Origin: Thalia democratica
Lineage: Eukaryota
Reading direction: 5' to 3'
Length of the DNA: 64,000 bases
Assembly (NCBI GenBank): GCA_965202585.1
Contig: OZ241831.1
Coordinates: 39,432,001 to 39,496,000 of the forward strand
Shown: positions 1-13,700 of the stretch, in pieces
How the letters are laid out: every line of letters starts with the position of its first letter
Position numbering within the stretch: position 1 is the first letter of the stretch
Translations under genes and position numbers: made by a program
Notes under the pieces: generated by a model
Database searches by the model: none
The model's input: the letters and a program-made list of their open reading frames with translations, nothing else
Told to the model about the DNA's origin: nothing

Positions 1-2439
1 TCATCTCAAGGAGTTAACTTCAGACTAAAAAAATGTGACTTTGAAAAAATAGATCGCAAGACTGTTTATTAATTTTAAAAGGTCTTAAACAAATGTCTGG
101 AATTGCTATTTGTAAAAATAAATAGGAAACAATATAGCGAATTTCACTGAGTCACCGACTCGCTCTGAGGTTGCACGGTTTTGGTTTTAGACAAAAAATA
201 TTCAAAAACTTGACGTTTTTTTTTGGCCGTACGGTGTCGCTGTTCGCTGACCACCACGGTCCCTTTACATCCCTAAAACAATAACTAGAGTCGAACTCGG
301 AAATATTTTTTTCACAAAAATACACCTTTTACGTGATACACTATTCTAGATACACATTTCTTTACTATGCACCTTCAGCATCTTATTTCTTATCAGCTAG
401 TTCGTCTGTTTAAGTTTAATTCGTTTTTGTTTAACAACTTTATCGACCAACAACAGTGTTAACAACACCAAAGGGTGCTGCTATTTTTACAACTTTTTTC
501 TAACACGTTTAATTTTTATTTACTTCTATATTTTTATTATAGCAATAGCCAGCTAACAAAATATTAAACAGTTGTCGTATTTTCTTCGGATTTGAATATC
601 TAAAATGAATAAAACAAAAGGACTTTTGAGTGGGCTCAGTAAAAGTTGATTTAGTCAATCTAATTGCATATTGTTTATAATATGTTGCAATTTCTTTCGA
701 AGAGTCATTATGATTGTATTAAAAGAAACTGGTTGATAAAACTTATAAAACTTTTTTTTTTCGCACTTCGAAAAGAAATTAAACAACTAGTTCGTAATGA
801 GTAATTTTTTTACTATATTTTACAACAAGTTATCTACGCGCCACTTATTGAAGCAAAATGGCAACCTTGAAATGTTTTTATTTATGTAGAAACGAGGAAG
901 TGCTAAAAACTTTAAAAAATGACTCTTCAAGCTTGTATACTGAAAACAATCATTAAAAAATAAGTTTTTCCTTAAGGTGGTCTTTTGTTAATAATTTAAT
1001 ATGAAGCCTTTTTAGTTTTAGCTATATTTAAAGTTTATATACATTAAAAATTTGTTACAGATAGAAAATGGTCTGTAGGTTAAAACTTTTTAGTTAGTTT
1101 TTATAAACTATATAAGCAAAAACTTGAAATTCATAAAATATTTTTTTAAGAAGTACCAAGCCATTAAGTGTAAGAAAATTTGCTTTGATAAAACACTAAG
1201 TTTAAGTTCTATACATATTTATTATAAAAATAAACTTAGCTGAATACAAAACTGTTTTCAACAAATAACTTAGTACAACTTGACACTTATAACAAAACAA
1301 TTAGCAGTTTTAGAAAAATACAGTATTGAAATAGAAGTATGTAGTTGCATTATAACTGAAAAATTTGTATTATTAAGAGCTTTTAATTTATATTTATTTC
1401 TATATATTTACTTATCAAGTTGGATCTAATTAATTATAAGTTTGTTGTGACATCATAATTTCTTTATCATTTTATGTTGTGTACATTTGTTTTCAAGGTT
1501 TGCGTTAAGTTTTTTTTTTCAAAATTAGAAAAAAAACTTATGCACTATTATTTTTTTTAAAGAAAATATTCAACAAATATTTTAGTAAGTATTCTTACAA
1601 CATATATTCTATTTTTAGAGGCATCACAGGATTGAGGTAAAATTAAAAAAAAAGAATTAAAAAATAAGTAATTAGTATTATTTACATTGACAACTAAAAC
1701 AACATATATAAAGATCAAATGTATAGATAAGACGTTTGAGAGAAAAATTAAAAGCAATAAAAACTAGTTTAAGGTTTTGAAAAAAATCACTTTTAAAGTA
1801 AACTACAAAATGTTTACATTTAATTTTTTTTTAAACATAAATTGCAATAGTATGCCATTTTCAAATTTTAAAAATTCATTAGGTAAAAAAAATTAACAGC
1901 TTAGATAAAATATATAATTTATGAATGTAGTAAATATTATTGTTTTTACATATGACTCTAGTTCTTTTATAATTAAATGTATTTTACGTCATGCAAAATC
2001 TTTAAAACAATCCTAAAGCAGTCTAAGTTTTTAAGTGATCAAAAAAGAAACACATTATACTTATATCCGACATATAGTTAAGATTTTTATTGAATGATAA
2101 AATAACTGACTAAAATAATTGCTTCTAGGACTTAATGCACAATAAATAAAACCTTTCTGTTTTCGGGTCATACACTACTTAGGATAAAGTACTTGGCTGG
2201 ATAAAGTCCCGGAAAAAATTTATCAAAGTGTCAACAAATGTGCTGACAAGTCAAATGCACTGCTGGTTGATGGATTGTATAAACAAAATTTTGATAACAA
2301 TTGTTGCCAAGGTTGTAAGAAAAGTATGTTCCAGCTGAAAAACGCGTAGAAGAAAAATGAGGTACAGGGATAAAAAAACGTAATTCTACACACTGGTTGG
2401 TGACGATACCCGCACAAATTACAAAGCAATGCTCACCTA

Positions 2440-3901
2440 ACTTCAATTAAATGATTGATTCAAAAAGTTTCTTTTGAATCGATTGTCTGGAATTATTTTT
2501 GTTTCAAAGGTTGATATTATTTTGCAGCTGCTGACAGAGTTTCAGGTTAGACAGAACAATAAAGAATCAAGTTAGGTACAAATGAGTCTACTGCAAAAGG
2601 ATTATGTAAAGTTTTGCGTCGTACTTTGTCACTTTTGGTATTCCAGTTGGAATATCTTCAGATGATGTTTAATAGTTTTATTGAAAGGAATTTTCAAAAA
2701 AAAAATGGGGTATACACCATCGTATGCCATCTGCATATCATCATTTGTCAAACGGTAGATCAGAACTAGCAGAAAAGGCCACTAAGCGATTGTTTATGGA
2801 AAACATTTGTCTAAATCAGGGTTTGCAAAAATGGTTCATGAGCAGCAAAGGGGCTAAAGTGGGTCATAAGCATCATAGGGGCCACAGGGTCATAACTTGA
2901 AACTTATACAAGGTACTTTGGAGTTTCTAATGAAGAGCAAACAAAAAGTCATAAGTGTGTTTAGTTGTAGTTTTTTTTAAGTATTGTTGAAGTGCATCAT
3001 GGGTTTTTTAGTTTCATTAAAAGATGCCTTTTGAAAAATATTTTGGGAAACCCTGGTCTAAATGGTGAACTAAGTATTGACAGATTGGTACAAGCTTTAC
3101 TTACACAGAGAACTACGCCTAATTTGGGATACAAACTATTCCTTGTACAGATCCATTTGGGACGAAATTTAAAAAACTCATTATTTTGCGTCAGAAAGAG
3201 TGTTATGACTAACAATAACCCGTAGATCTCAAAATGTGGGGTGACGTATGGAGTAAAAATGAAGAATCTCTTAGGTCTCGTTATGTTAAGTCACTCGAAA
3301 ATTAGCAGCCAAAAATGTAGGTAAGCACACAAAATCTATTTTTCCACAAATTGCAGTGATCATGTCATAATACAAAACCAAACATGTAACTTTCCTGTCA
3401 AGTGGAGTAAAAAGGGAACTAAAAAACTATTATCAATATGTTGTCAAGGTTGATAGATCAGGGCTTAACTGTTCGAAATCTCAAGTTTCTAAAAAAGTTT
3501 AACCCTCCTAGTTACAAATCTTTAAGCAGTATCCCTTATCTGATTTAAGCAAACATACCACTGCAGAAGTTTGTCTTTTGTAGTAATAATGAATTTTAAA
3601 GGTAAATTTTAATGTTCTGCGCTCCCAGATGATAGTAAGTGACAAACTTGGAGATAACTAAATCAATATTTGCAATGAAAAACCAGCTACCTTCCTTTTA
3701 CCTAAGGACTCAAATTGCATGGGTGAAAGCGAATCCTCTACAAAGCAGAGAAATGGTGTGTTGTCTCGTTTAAACCCGTTATCTGATAGAGATTTTGTTG
3801 ACGATGGAATGTCGCCAAAGAATGAACTGCGTCGTTCTGGTCGTTTAAGAACCCGAAGAAGGATCTACAATGCCGAAAGTGGTACCTATAAACCTGTTTG
3901 A
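2440..3901 (+). mobile_element. Decayed Ty3/Gypsy LTR-retrotransposon pol fragment (integrase core and C-terminal region), with stops and frameshifts
   Basis: Plus-strand pieces translate to integrase-like motifs: YYFAAADRVSG*TE, AKGLCKVLRRTFVTFGIPVGISSD, WGIHHRMPSAYHHLSNGRSELAEKATKRLFMEN, then (after removing the 2817-3055 insertion) GELSIDRLVQALLTQRTTP, YQYVVKVDRSG and a terminal RRSGRLR. A possible PPT (cggggaaa) followed by TG at ~4105 may start a 3' LTR (uncertain). Confidence 0.8.
2817..3055. mobile_element. Non-autonomous hAT (Charlie/Buster-like) MITE, 239 bp, inserted into the Gypsy integrase
   Basis: TIRs CAGGGTTTGCAAAA / TTTTGGGAAACCCTG; perfect 8-bp TSD GTCTAAAT at 2809-2816 and 3056-3063; excision restores the integrase frame. 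Confidence 0.85.
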
Positions 3902-4737
3902 ACTGCAGTTTGAATTAATGTTTTTATTTAATAGTAAACTAAGTTAATTGTAGTATTTCAGTGTTTTTGTATTTTTTGAGTTTTATATCGTTGATTTTTA
4001 GAACTGAAATATGTATTTAAGTTTACAACTTATCTTTAAATAGTTTTATTTTGCTATGTAAATGTATCGTTTTATCTCCTTTGTATATAAAATATACGGG
4101 GAAATGTTATAGTATTTACCTATTTTCATTATGTTGTGTTTTACAGACTTTATCATTTTTGTAACTAGTTTGTAAATAAACTTAACTAAGAAAGATCTTT
4201 ATTTAAATTTAAATCCCTAATAAACTTATCTAAAAACTTTCACTTACATTATTTTTCCAAAGTTAAGTTACACCCCTAAGCTGTTTAAAATTTATAATTC
4301 ATATAGGAGCTCTTTATAACATGAAGTTTTTCAGTTATACAAACTTCCAAATTATACTAAGTACAATTTAACAATAAAAGTACTTCAAAACAATTTAATA
4401 TACTTGTGTATTCATCAAAATAAAATTTATTATTAAGTTCAGCCTGATTTTTGTAAAAAAGATTATAAAAAAAACATATTTTTAAAAATTTTCAAAAATC
4501 TTTTTAACTTTTTTGTTAAGAACTTCGAAGTAAAACATCACTTAAGACTAAAAACATTTAAAAATCTATTTTTGCATGTGTTTAATGTAGACTAAAATTT
4601 ATTCTATTTTTTATGTTTAAGTAATAAAATACAAAAAAATTGATAGCCTACCTTTAAAGTACTAAAAAAAGAATGTTTTATGAAATAAATCCGTTTAAAA
4701 GTTGACTAATTTCTATAAAAATTAACAATAGCTTGAG

Positions 4738-7700
4738 TCACACAGAAATTTCCCACTGATCACTTGCTGAGGCTTCACCTATGTCAACAACTTTTAATTT
4801 TACCTTTTCACCACTAACTTGTTCGAAATCAACTTGCTTTGATCTATTTTTTCTGTTTAAATTAGCGTTAGTTATTACTGTTTTATTAAAATTCTCTGTA
4901 TCAGATTATTAAAATAAAACTAATATTGTTTTATTGCAATAAAACATGTATTATAGTTTATTGAACGACAAAAAAGCACTTTAAAAACTTGGTCCTAGGA
5001 CCTGGTGCACGAAGAACCTTATGGTTATCGAGTCGCAAACCACGGATACCTTTTAACATCTTGCTCAGGACAACATCTTATCGTAAAAATTATAATAAAT
5101 ACATAAACTAACTTGAAATGGATGAAAAGCAGCACAATAATTAGTATGAGTGCTACCGAAGTAAGAACCCCAACAGCTACGTTTGTGTTAATTCCATGTG
5201 AACTACCTGTAACATTTCGCATGTTTATTGTTAAGCTATAAATTACGAATTACTTGTTTGAATTTTATATATTTAATTAACCTGTATCACTTTCTTTGTC
5301 ATCTGTTGGTCCAAGTGTTGTGATTGTGTTTGTATCTACTGAACTACTTATGATTTTTTATATATTTTTGTAAATTAACAATATAGGTTATCAAGTTAGC
5401 TAGAAAGAAAACCAGTTAAAAAAATGTATTTATTCAATACTATAAACTATAAACTTTGCTTTATAATAACCATCTGTGTGCTTTTTTTTAGTGATTTTTA
5501 GTGGTTTTGATTGTTTTATAAACTGATTGTTATACTTTTAAATAAATAAAGCTAACTAATAAAAACATTAATGCTATGGTTGTATAAAAAAGTACAAAAT
5601 TCACTAACTAGTCGCAGTTTTATTCGTATGAGTAGTGCTTGAATTTACTGTTTCATTATTAGCTTCGCAAGTAAAATCATTAAACACACGACCGTTCACC
5701 AAGTATTCGTTTTTTTGGCAAAACTCAATTTCACCACAACTAACTTCGCACTTTTGGTCTACAGTTTAAAAATTGCAATATTATTTTGATCAAAATATAA
5801 GAGCTACGAAAATAAAAACCGTACAAAATGTACACACATTGTGACATGTTCTAAATTAAGCACCCAAAACAAACGTTTTAACCATTTTTTTAGAACTCTT
5901 TCTTTTAAAATTTATCTTGTTATTACCCATAAATCAAAATGTTGTTTTTAAACATACTTGATACAACAGTGCGTCTTTGTATTTTTTCACAAGTGAAATT
6001 GTTGCGACCGTCATTCGTACGAAACCACATACAAGCCTGCTCAAGTTTACATTTTGGTCCGTTAAGTTTCGAGCAATCACCTATGTTGATAGTGTTAATA
6101 ATGATGAAAAAATATTAAAATTCTAACAGCTATGAATTCACATTATACAAAAAATATACAGATCTTTTTACTTACATTTTGTGTATCAATAACTTTTATA
6201 TTTTTCTTGTAAACAAAAAACTATTAGTAAATAAGAAAAATAATTGTGATATTAGTTAACCCTAAAGGTGTATAGAATAGAAGATGTATAGAATTTGCTA
6301 TTTTGAGTAAACTTTATTCTGTCCTGGATATGACGTTAAACTGTTCTGGTGTATAACTCGATAACCGAAAGGTTTTTTCGTCCACCAGGCCCTTGGAACA
6401 AATTTTTTGAGCTTTTTTTTTTTTTAATAAAGAATTTATATTCTATAGTTTTTAAGTTACATATAGTTTAAAAACCTTTTTAGTTTATATTAAAATAAGC
6501 AGTAAGTAGCTGCAAAAAACTCTAATATTTTTTTAGAGTAACATTTTGTTCAGACCTATGTCTTTAGCTTTAAAATTTATACTTTTTGTAGTAAAAACAA
6601 ATTATACAGTAATCTTCCTTTATTCTACCAACATATGTTTCTGTGTGTCAACGAATCAACACACTTCAACTGGGTTCTGTAAAAAAATAATTACTGTAAT
6701 GAGAAAATAGAAGCATAGAATAAAGTAGGTGTATATATGTTTTCATTAAAATTTACAGTAATTATTTTTTTACAGAACCCAGTTGAAGTGTGTTGATTCG
6801 TTAACACAGAAACATATGTTGGTAGAATAAAGGAAGATTACTGTATAATTTGTTTTTATTTATATTCCAGTGAAATTACTTTACTAGGATCTTTTGTTAG
6901 CAAACAATTAAAACTATATTTTGAACAGTTATACTTTTTGTAGTATTCTTTCTTTTAACTAAATAATACCAGGAAAGTTCAACTTTTCAAGAGGTCGCTT
7001 TTGCACGAGCGATCACTTTTGTGCGGAAGAAAATTTTACAAAAGTGTTTTTTACTTTGTCAATTTATTTTTTCTTTTAGATGAGGTGTCATTTTAGCACG
7101 TTTACCTCGCCCAAAGATCCGCTTGGTAAGGATTAAGGGTAAGAGTAATAGTAACAAGTAAAATAAAAAATCTGAAAATTAAAAAGGAGAAAAATAAAAT
7201 AAGTAACCGACTAAGGGTAAGGGGTAATAACTAAAATAAAAAAAAAAGTTTAAAACCATGCAAAACTGACGCTTCGTGTGAAGATTAAGTGCAAAAGTTA
7301 TGTCGTGCAAAAATGACGCTATGCGAAAGTGTATTCGTGCAAAAGTGTCCTTTAATACATTTCTGACACCTATCCAACTACTGCTGGTAATGAAGTAAGC
7401 TATTTTATTTAAACAAAAGTGGATTAAAACTTTTTTTTTTCCTGTAAAATTGCAGTAAAACTACTGTTTGATCCTTATATGAAACAATATACTCACTTTA
7501 AACATAAATTATCGACAAGGTAGTTTTAATATGAAATGAAATGTTGCAAACCTGAATCTAGTTTCAAAATACGCCCACAGGACGGACTTTTTCCATCGTC
7601 ATAACAAAAATTTGCAGCGTCTTTACAATTTGATCCACAAACATTCATAAAATCATTCACATCTGTTGTTAAAAATGTTGTTGTTTTGAACCATTGTAAC

Positions 7701-10700
7701 ACTCTGATTAAAGGCAATTTTAATACCACCATTGTTTAATCAACTTTCAAAAATACGTTTAAATTTTTCACATTTTAATGATTTTGTGCATAACTACAAA
7801 ACAAGAAATAAAAAACTTAAATTAAATTTCATGTTTATTTTTTATGACTATTATTGAAATATAACAAAAATTAAAACATCTCAACTAATTGAATAAAATA
7901 GCAAATAAAATTTAGTAACTTACGATGTTCACATTTCGCTCCAAAGTAGCCAGCTCTACATTTACAAAACTTTTCATCATTTATTTCATAACAGTTACCG
8001 TTTTCACATAGATTGTCCACTTTGCATGAGTCTGTTAACAATAAACCAAATTTGTTTCTAAAATAACTTAAATGGTTTATTTTGTTTTTGTTCGTTTGTA
8101 TATCTTTAAAATGACTTTACACGTTAAGTTCAAGTTTAACTTGTTATCTTTTTGCTTATTTCAAGTTATAACACTATTTTATTTACTTACTTATCACCAA
8201 ATTATTTTTATTATATATTTATAGGTGCATACTAGATATACTTCTTAAAGTTTAAAAAAAACAAATAGATTAAAAAACTAATTATAATAACAAACTGTGT
8301 TACAAATTACTCTATATACAAGAAATATACTATAGAAATCTTTAAAATATTTTAATAAGTTACTAGTCTTTTTAACAAGAATGTATAACAAAAAAAAACT
8401 AATAGAAATTAGTTTTGAAAGTTTTCTAACTAGTTTAAACTAAAGTTAGCTTAAAAAAAGCTAAAGAGAATTAAAGAAATCTAACTCATGAAATTAAAAC
8501 TAACAAAGTTTTGTTGAATACACTGGTGAACAATCTTGAAACTCTAAAGTTGATAAGCCTCTTTCATTATCACAAAGTTCTAAAAAATATATTTTCAATA
8601 ATTATTGGATACAGATAATTTGTTTCAAAAAGATATTCTCATAACATTTAATTAGTCTATGTTATACCATTTTAGAGTTTTGGAACTAAAATGAAATTTT
8701 AAAAGTTTCAAAATTTTTTTGCAATGTATAAAATTTTAAAAATTGTTGCAACAAAGTTGTTATAGTGTTAAACAGTATTACAAAGTTTATGGTTCAACTC
8801 ACATTTTTAGGTACTACATTACATAGTTATTTAAAAAAATTATCAGCTTAAAAATTACTAGGTGTTTTTGTACTTAGTTTTAAGTTAAGGATAGAATCAT
8901 TGATACAAAAAAAAATTGAATATTTTTAAAAGTTTTATATCGTTTAAACTCTGTTGCCAAAAAATATTAATATAAAAAAATGTAACAAATATGAAATGTA
9001 AATCAAACAGAAAGTAAGAAAAATAATATAAAGCCACATTTGTGCAAGCTTTGTTTGAAGGAAACAAAGTAAACTTGAAAGCTATTTACACAGTTATGTG
9101 AAACACCTCCTATTATTGTTTAAGCTATTAAATTAAATGCCGAACCCGGATCTGGATCCGAATCCGATTATTTTAATAATTTAAATCATAAAGATTAAGT
9201 TGCTTTTAATGTAAATACAATACAAGTTATTAGATAATAAATAATTACTATATTATAACTTATTCACTAAAATAAGTTTAAGCAACATTTATAAAATGTA
9301 AATAAATATATACATTTTTATTTTAAAAGCGAATAAAAAAAAACAAATGTCTTGCTGAAAAAAAAATCAAGCTACATACACAAAAAGTTAGTTTCAATAT
9401 TTTGATATCCATGCTAGCAACACTCATAATTAATTTGTATTTTTCTATGCAAAATAAATAAAACATCGACTTCGATAAATACTTAAAGCAGAAAAGAAAT
9501 CACAAACAAAGTAAAAACATTTTACTTTAAACTTAAGAGTTAGTTTTTATTGTGACCATAAACGAGTTAAAACATAAACTTTTGCAAGTGTTCATATTTA
9601 TAAAACAAAGTGCAATCGAAAATTACATGGAGCCGTAATAAATTGAAATACATTACTTATTATAGTAAAGGCCTAAGAAAAAATAGGAATTACAATGTTA
9701 AAAAAAAATAATTCCACCTACGATTACACTTTTATTATTACAAAAAAAAAACATAAATTAACCTTAGCAACTGTTAAAAAATATAAAACGAACTAATATT
9801 GCAAAAGATGTCTTTTTTATACTACAAAAGACTATTCTTGTTTTTCAAGTTGCGGTGGAGAAATAAAGTTTTTTGCCAGTCTTTGGATGAAATCAATTAC
9901 GCTTCACTTTGTACAAACTACCACCTTCAGAAAATAATCTTTCAGATTACACAGAAGACGATAATGCAGCAAAATATTTCCTTGCAAAACTGGCAAGATT
10001 TGGACATTTTGTCTTGTTCAAGTTTCACTGGTTTAAGACTTTATCCTCTTCAGTTTCTGCATTAAAATTCTCTGTAGAAACAAAGCCATTTACTTCTGCT
10101 TCAACTTTTTTATCAACAGAATCCTTTTGCTCGTCCTCTTGTTTAGCTGTGTTTGATTCTACTTTAAACAAAGAACAGTAAGTTGAAAACTTCTTCGGAT
10201 CAAAACTTACGGAGGGTTGCGGTTTTAGTTTCTTTAGTGGCAATAAATGAGAATCATCACCTTGATTAGCCTCGAAACAGATATGCATTTTAATATTAAT
10301 TTTTTGTACTCTTTAACATTTCTTTAAGGTAAGAAGGGAAAGCGAAAGCTCGGATTCGTGGATCTACAGCTGTTGTGACTAGTATTAATTTGTTTTCATT
10401 CATGTTTAAGTTGTTGTTGTTGGTATAGAATAGGATTTACCAATGTACGGCCCGCGGAGTTAAAATGACCGGCCCCCGATCGTTTTTGAATTACAATGCA
10501 ATACGACCTGCAGATTAAAATGACCGGCCCGCAATATAAGTATTTGGCCCGCAAAGTTCAATACTACAAAATTTTATAAAATTTTGTATCGTATTTTTAC
10601 AAAAGAAAACTGTAAAATTGATATAAAAATTTGTTTAAAAATAGCTTTTCAAAATGAGATCTACTGATAAAAAACTATTTTGTCTTAATATTTTGTGTTG

Positions 10701-13700
10701 TTCTAACTTAGTTGGAATATATTGTTGTCAAATTACCCAAAGTAAATTGTTTGTTTAAATCTGATGTTTTACATACCAACTTTTGTCAATTACCATGTCA
10801 ATTCTATTTGTAGACATTACATAAACATCTGACATGTCTCAACCTACATCTTAATTTCTCACATTTAAAAACTTTTTGTGAATTAGAAGGATTCAGAAAA
10901 GTGATCAACCGTATCTATAAAATTAGATTCAGGCAAACCCAAAACTTTTATTAAGTTAGAATCCGACCGGATCCTGATATCGATTTAAAACTAGTATCCA
11001 ACCAGATTGGATAATATTTTCAAACTACGATCCTGCCGGATCCGAATTAAAAAAGATATTATTCAGATACTGGATCTGGTAAATCACTAATTCGAAATGC
11101 TTCTGCCTGTCAAAGACAAAAATTTTCCAGATCCGGCCCTAATAAAAACGTTGCCTACCCCTAGTATAGAAACTTCTTTCGCAAGCCTCTAATATATTTT
11201 AGCTAACGTTTTACAAACATTTGAAAGTTCTTCTGAATTATTATTAGTTTTAACAAACTTCGTCATTAATTATGCATGCGGCATCACGCTTGAGAGCAAT
11301 ATGTTGTTTTTACACACTCCTTTCTTAAAAAAAGGTTCGAGCAGTAGAATAATGTGATTAACTAGATGCATTTCTTTAGCTGCATGATCGAATCTTGATT
11401 GTTTTTATACTTAGCCACATAGTACCGGACACTTAATTTAAGCTATTTCAGTCTCTCTAGCATAAGATATGTTGAGCTCCACCTTGTATCCACATCTTGA
11501 ACAAGAATGAAGGCTCTTTGTTTTCTTTGTGCCTTTTAATGTTTCTCGCATTGTATCAAAAAAAAAACGTGAATAAGATCCAAGGTAATATTCCAACTAC
11601 TAAGCATTTTCTAAATTTAATTCCAAATGTTTTGGCTAGTGTGCTAACCATCCATTTCCCGGCAGTGCAAAATACGATGTTTGCACTGAAATTAAAACAA
11701 TGTACAGTTAAAGAAATAAATGATTTAAAGAAAAATAATAATTAAAGGTCTCCACTTATTGCTTAAGAGAATAATATAATTTAAATTGTTTTTAATATTT
11801 TATTTTCATAACAATTTCTAACTCCAAAACATATATCAACAAATAAAAAATAATTATTTAAAACTAATTAAGATTACATTATTAACAGATTATTCATATT
11901 AAGAACATTGTTTTAAAAACAAAATATCAAAATGTTCGAAGTTATAACATATATGTCATGAGTGAAAATTATCAATTAATATATAAAATGTTAACATAAA
12001 AGTACATAGCTAAAAGTATGCAAGCATCTGCTTAAATGTTACATATGAAGTTAGATTTTTTTTTGTATAAATAATTGACCTTTATATGTAAATTTCACAA
12101 AAAACAATCTTGTTTTAACTGAGACTTTTATTTTAATTAAAAAGCTCTTCAAAAAAGACAAATTAACATGATTTTTTTAAATACTAGGAATAAAGTAAAA
12201 TAAAATATATAAGTCTAACAATCCTTGTCACAAGTCATTTATGTCACACTTATATAGATAATTAATATTCTAAATGGAGACTGAAAACCATATTAACCAA
12301 TCAAAAGACACTTTAAATAATTACATGGTCTTTGTAAATTAGACCTTCCTACTAAAAACTCCATAAATTTATCCATAAAGTATATGTCAAAAGTTTTTAA
12401 GAAAATCTTAATAGAAATATCAGGCCTTACCAGATAAAAATCTCTGGTAAGGCCTGATCTATGCAGATAAGATTTCACTGAGCTGAGGTGATCTGAGGAA
12501 AACCTTACTAAACCGAAATACATTTATTTAATTACTTACAAGTATATTTATTTTTCATACTTGTGTAAGAGAAAAGTAAAATTTTATTTGAACCGAAATA
12601 GGTTCACGAGCAAACATTAAAAATTAAAGACATGATAAAAAAGTAAGAGCGGTTATTAAACGCTTTAACTATGTACTTATTTAATTTGACAGTCTAACAG
12701 AAATAACTTTTACTTATAGAAATAACTCATAGTTTTATACTGAGTGCAAAACTCTAAATAAAATTTCAGAAGGTTTTTTTTATAAGCGTGAAAAAGCACT
12801 GTTTTATCAACTCAAGCATGAAATTATTACTAGTTTTACTACTAATTTAACTTTTGACAAACAGTTTAGGAAATTCAAAAAGTTTAAAGTGGTCTAACAA
12901 ATCAGAAATTTCGAATAGGCCGGATCCAAGTCCAAATCTTATTTTGAAGTATAGGATTCGGGAAATCTAGTCTAAATCTTGGATTTGGTAGATCACTAGT
13001 TTAAACCAATAAATTTTAAGAATTAAAAAAAAAGACCACTATAAATTAAATAAGCAATTTTATCATAGTAATATACATTTAAAAGAACATCAATTGTTAA
13101 ACAACGATGTATCAAATTAAAAAGGTTAGATAAATTGACATATAACAAAAATAAGTCTTTATTTGCTAATTATAAGTATTTATTAATATTGCTTAAAATA
13201 CAAATACTACATTGCAAACGATTTCAAGTCAGGAAAATGTAACCACAAGGTTTGTTTATTATTATTTTTTTTAAATGTTGATGATTGAAAAACAGTCAAA
13301 ATAATTAGGAATTCTTATACTGAAAAAGCTTAAAGTTTTTATTATATACTTTAAAAGTGTAAAAAATTATCAGAAATAAGTTAAATGTACTAGATAAACA
13401 AAGAATTAAGTTAATTTATATATATTTTTTTAATTTCTAAATTTTCTATCGAAAATAAAAACAAGTATATACAAACCCTTCATTATTTAAAAAATTACTT
13501 AGTAATAGTTTTGATGTTAATTGTATAACTAATAACATCTATCAATTCTAGGAAGTTCATCAAAAAAAATTTGATAGTCATTTGTCTTAACTAAAAAATC
13601 TTACTCAATTTACTTGCATGCAAAGAGCTTATTTAAGTAATAATCTAAGTAAAAATTAGGTAATTTTTTCATTACCAGATGTCGGTAGCAAAAAAATATT

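Larger units (their letters stand above)
9800..11720 (-). pseudogene. Decayed hAT transposase, interrupted by a nested MITE
   Basis: Minus-strand motifs: LVQDVDTRWSSTYLMLERL (~11445-11505), VTTAVDPRIR (~10345-10380; the LDPRFK motif), and dimerisation-domain KCPNLASFARKYFAALSSSV*SERLFSEGG (~9920-10010), with in-frame stops and frameshifts. Confidence 0.85.

Noticed and set aside
1557-1757. Short hydrophobic AT-rich ORFs (also 38227-38496, 38808-39053, 42993-43193, 56483-56704)
   Set aside because: Phe/Leu/Ile/Lys-rich translations typical of random AT-rich non-coding DNA; no motifs or splice context.
5025-5112. Extension of the TM exon (LVYVFIIIFTIRCCPEQDVKRYPWFATR) or a 27-nt micro-exon 5076-5050
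   Set aside because: The micro-exon needs a 36-nt intron and the read-through ends inside a repeat; the GTTAGT donor at 5112 joined to 4852 gives a normal TM plus basic stop-transfer segment. A minor isoform is not excluded.
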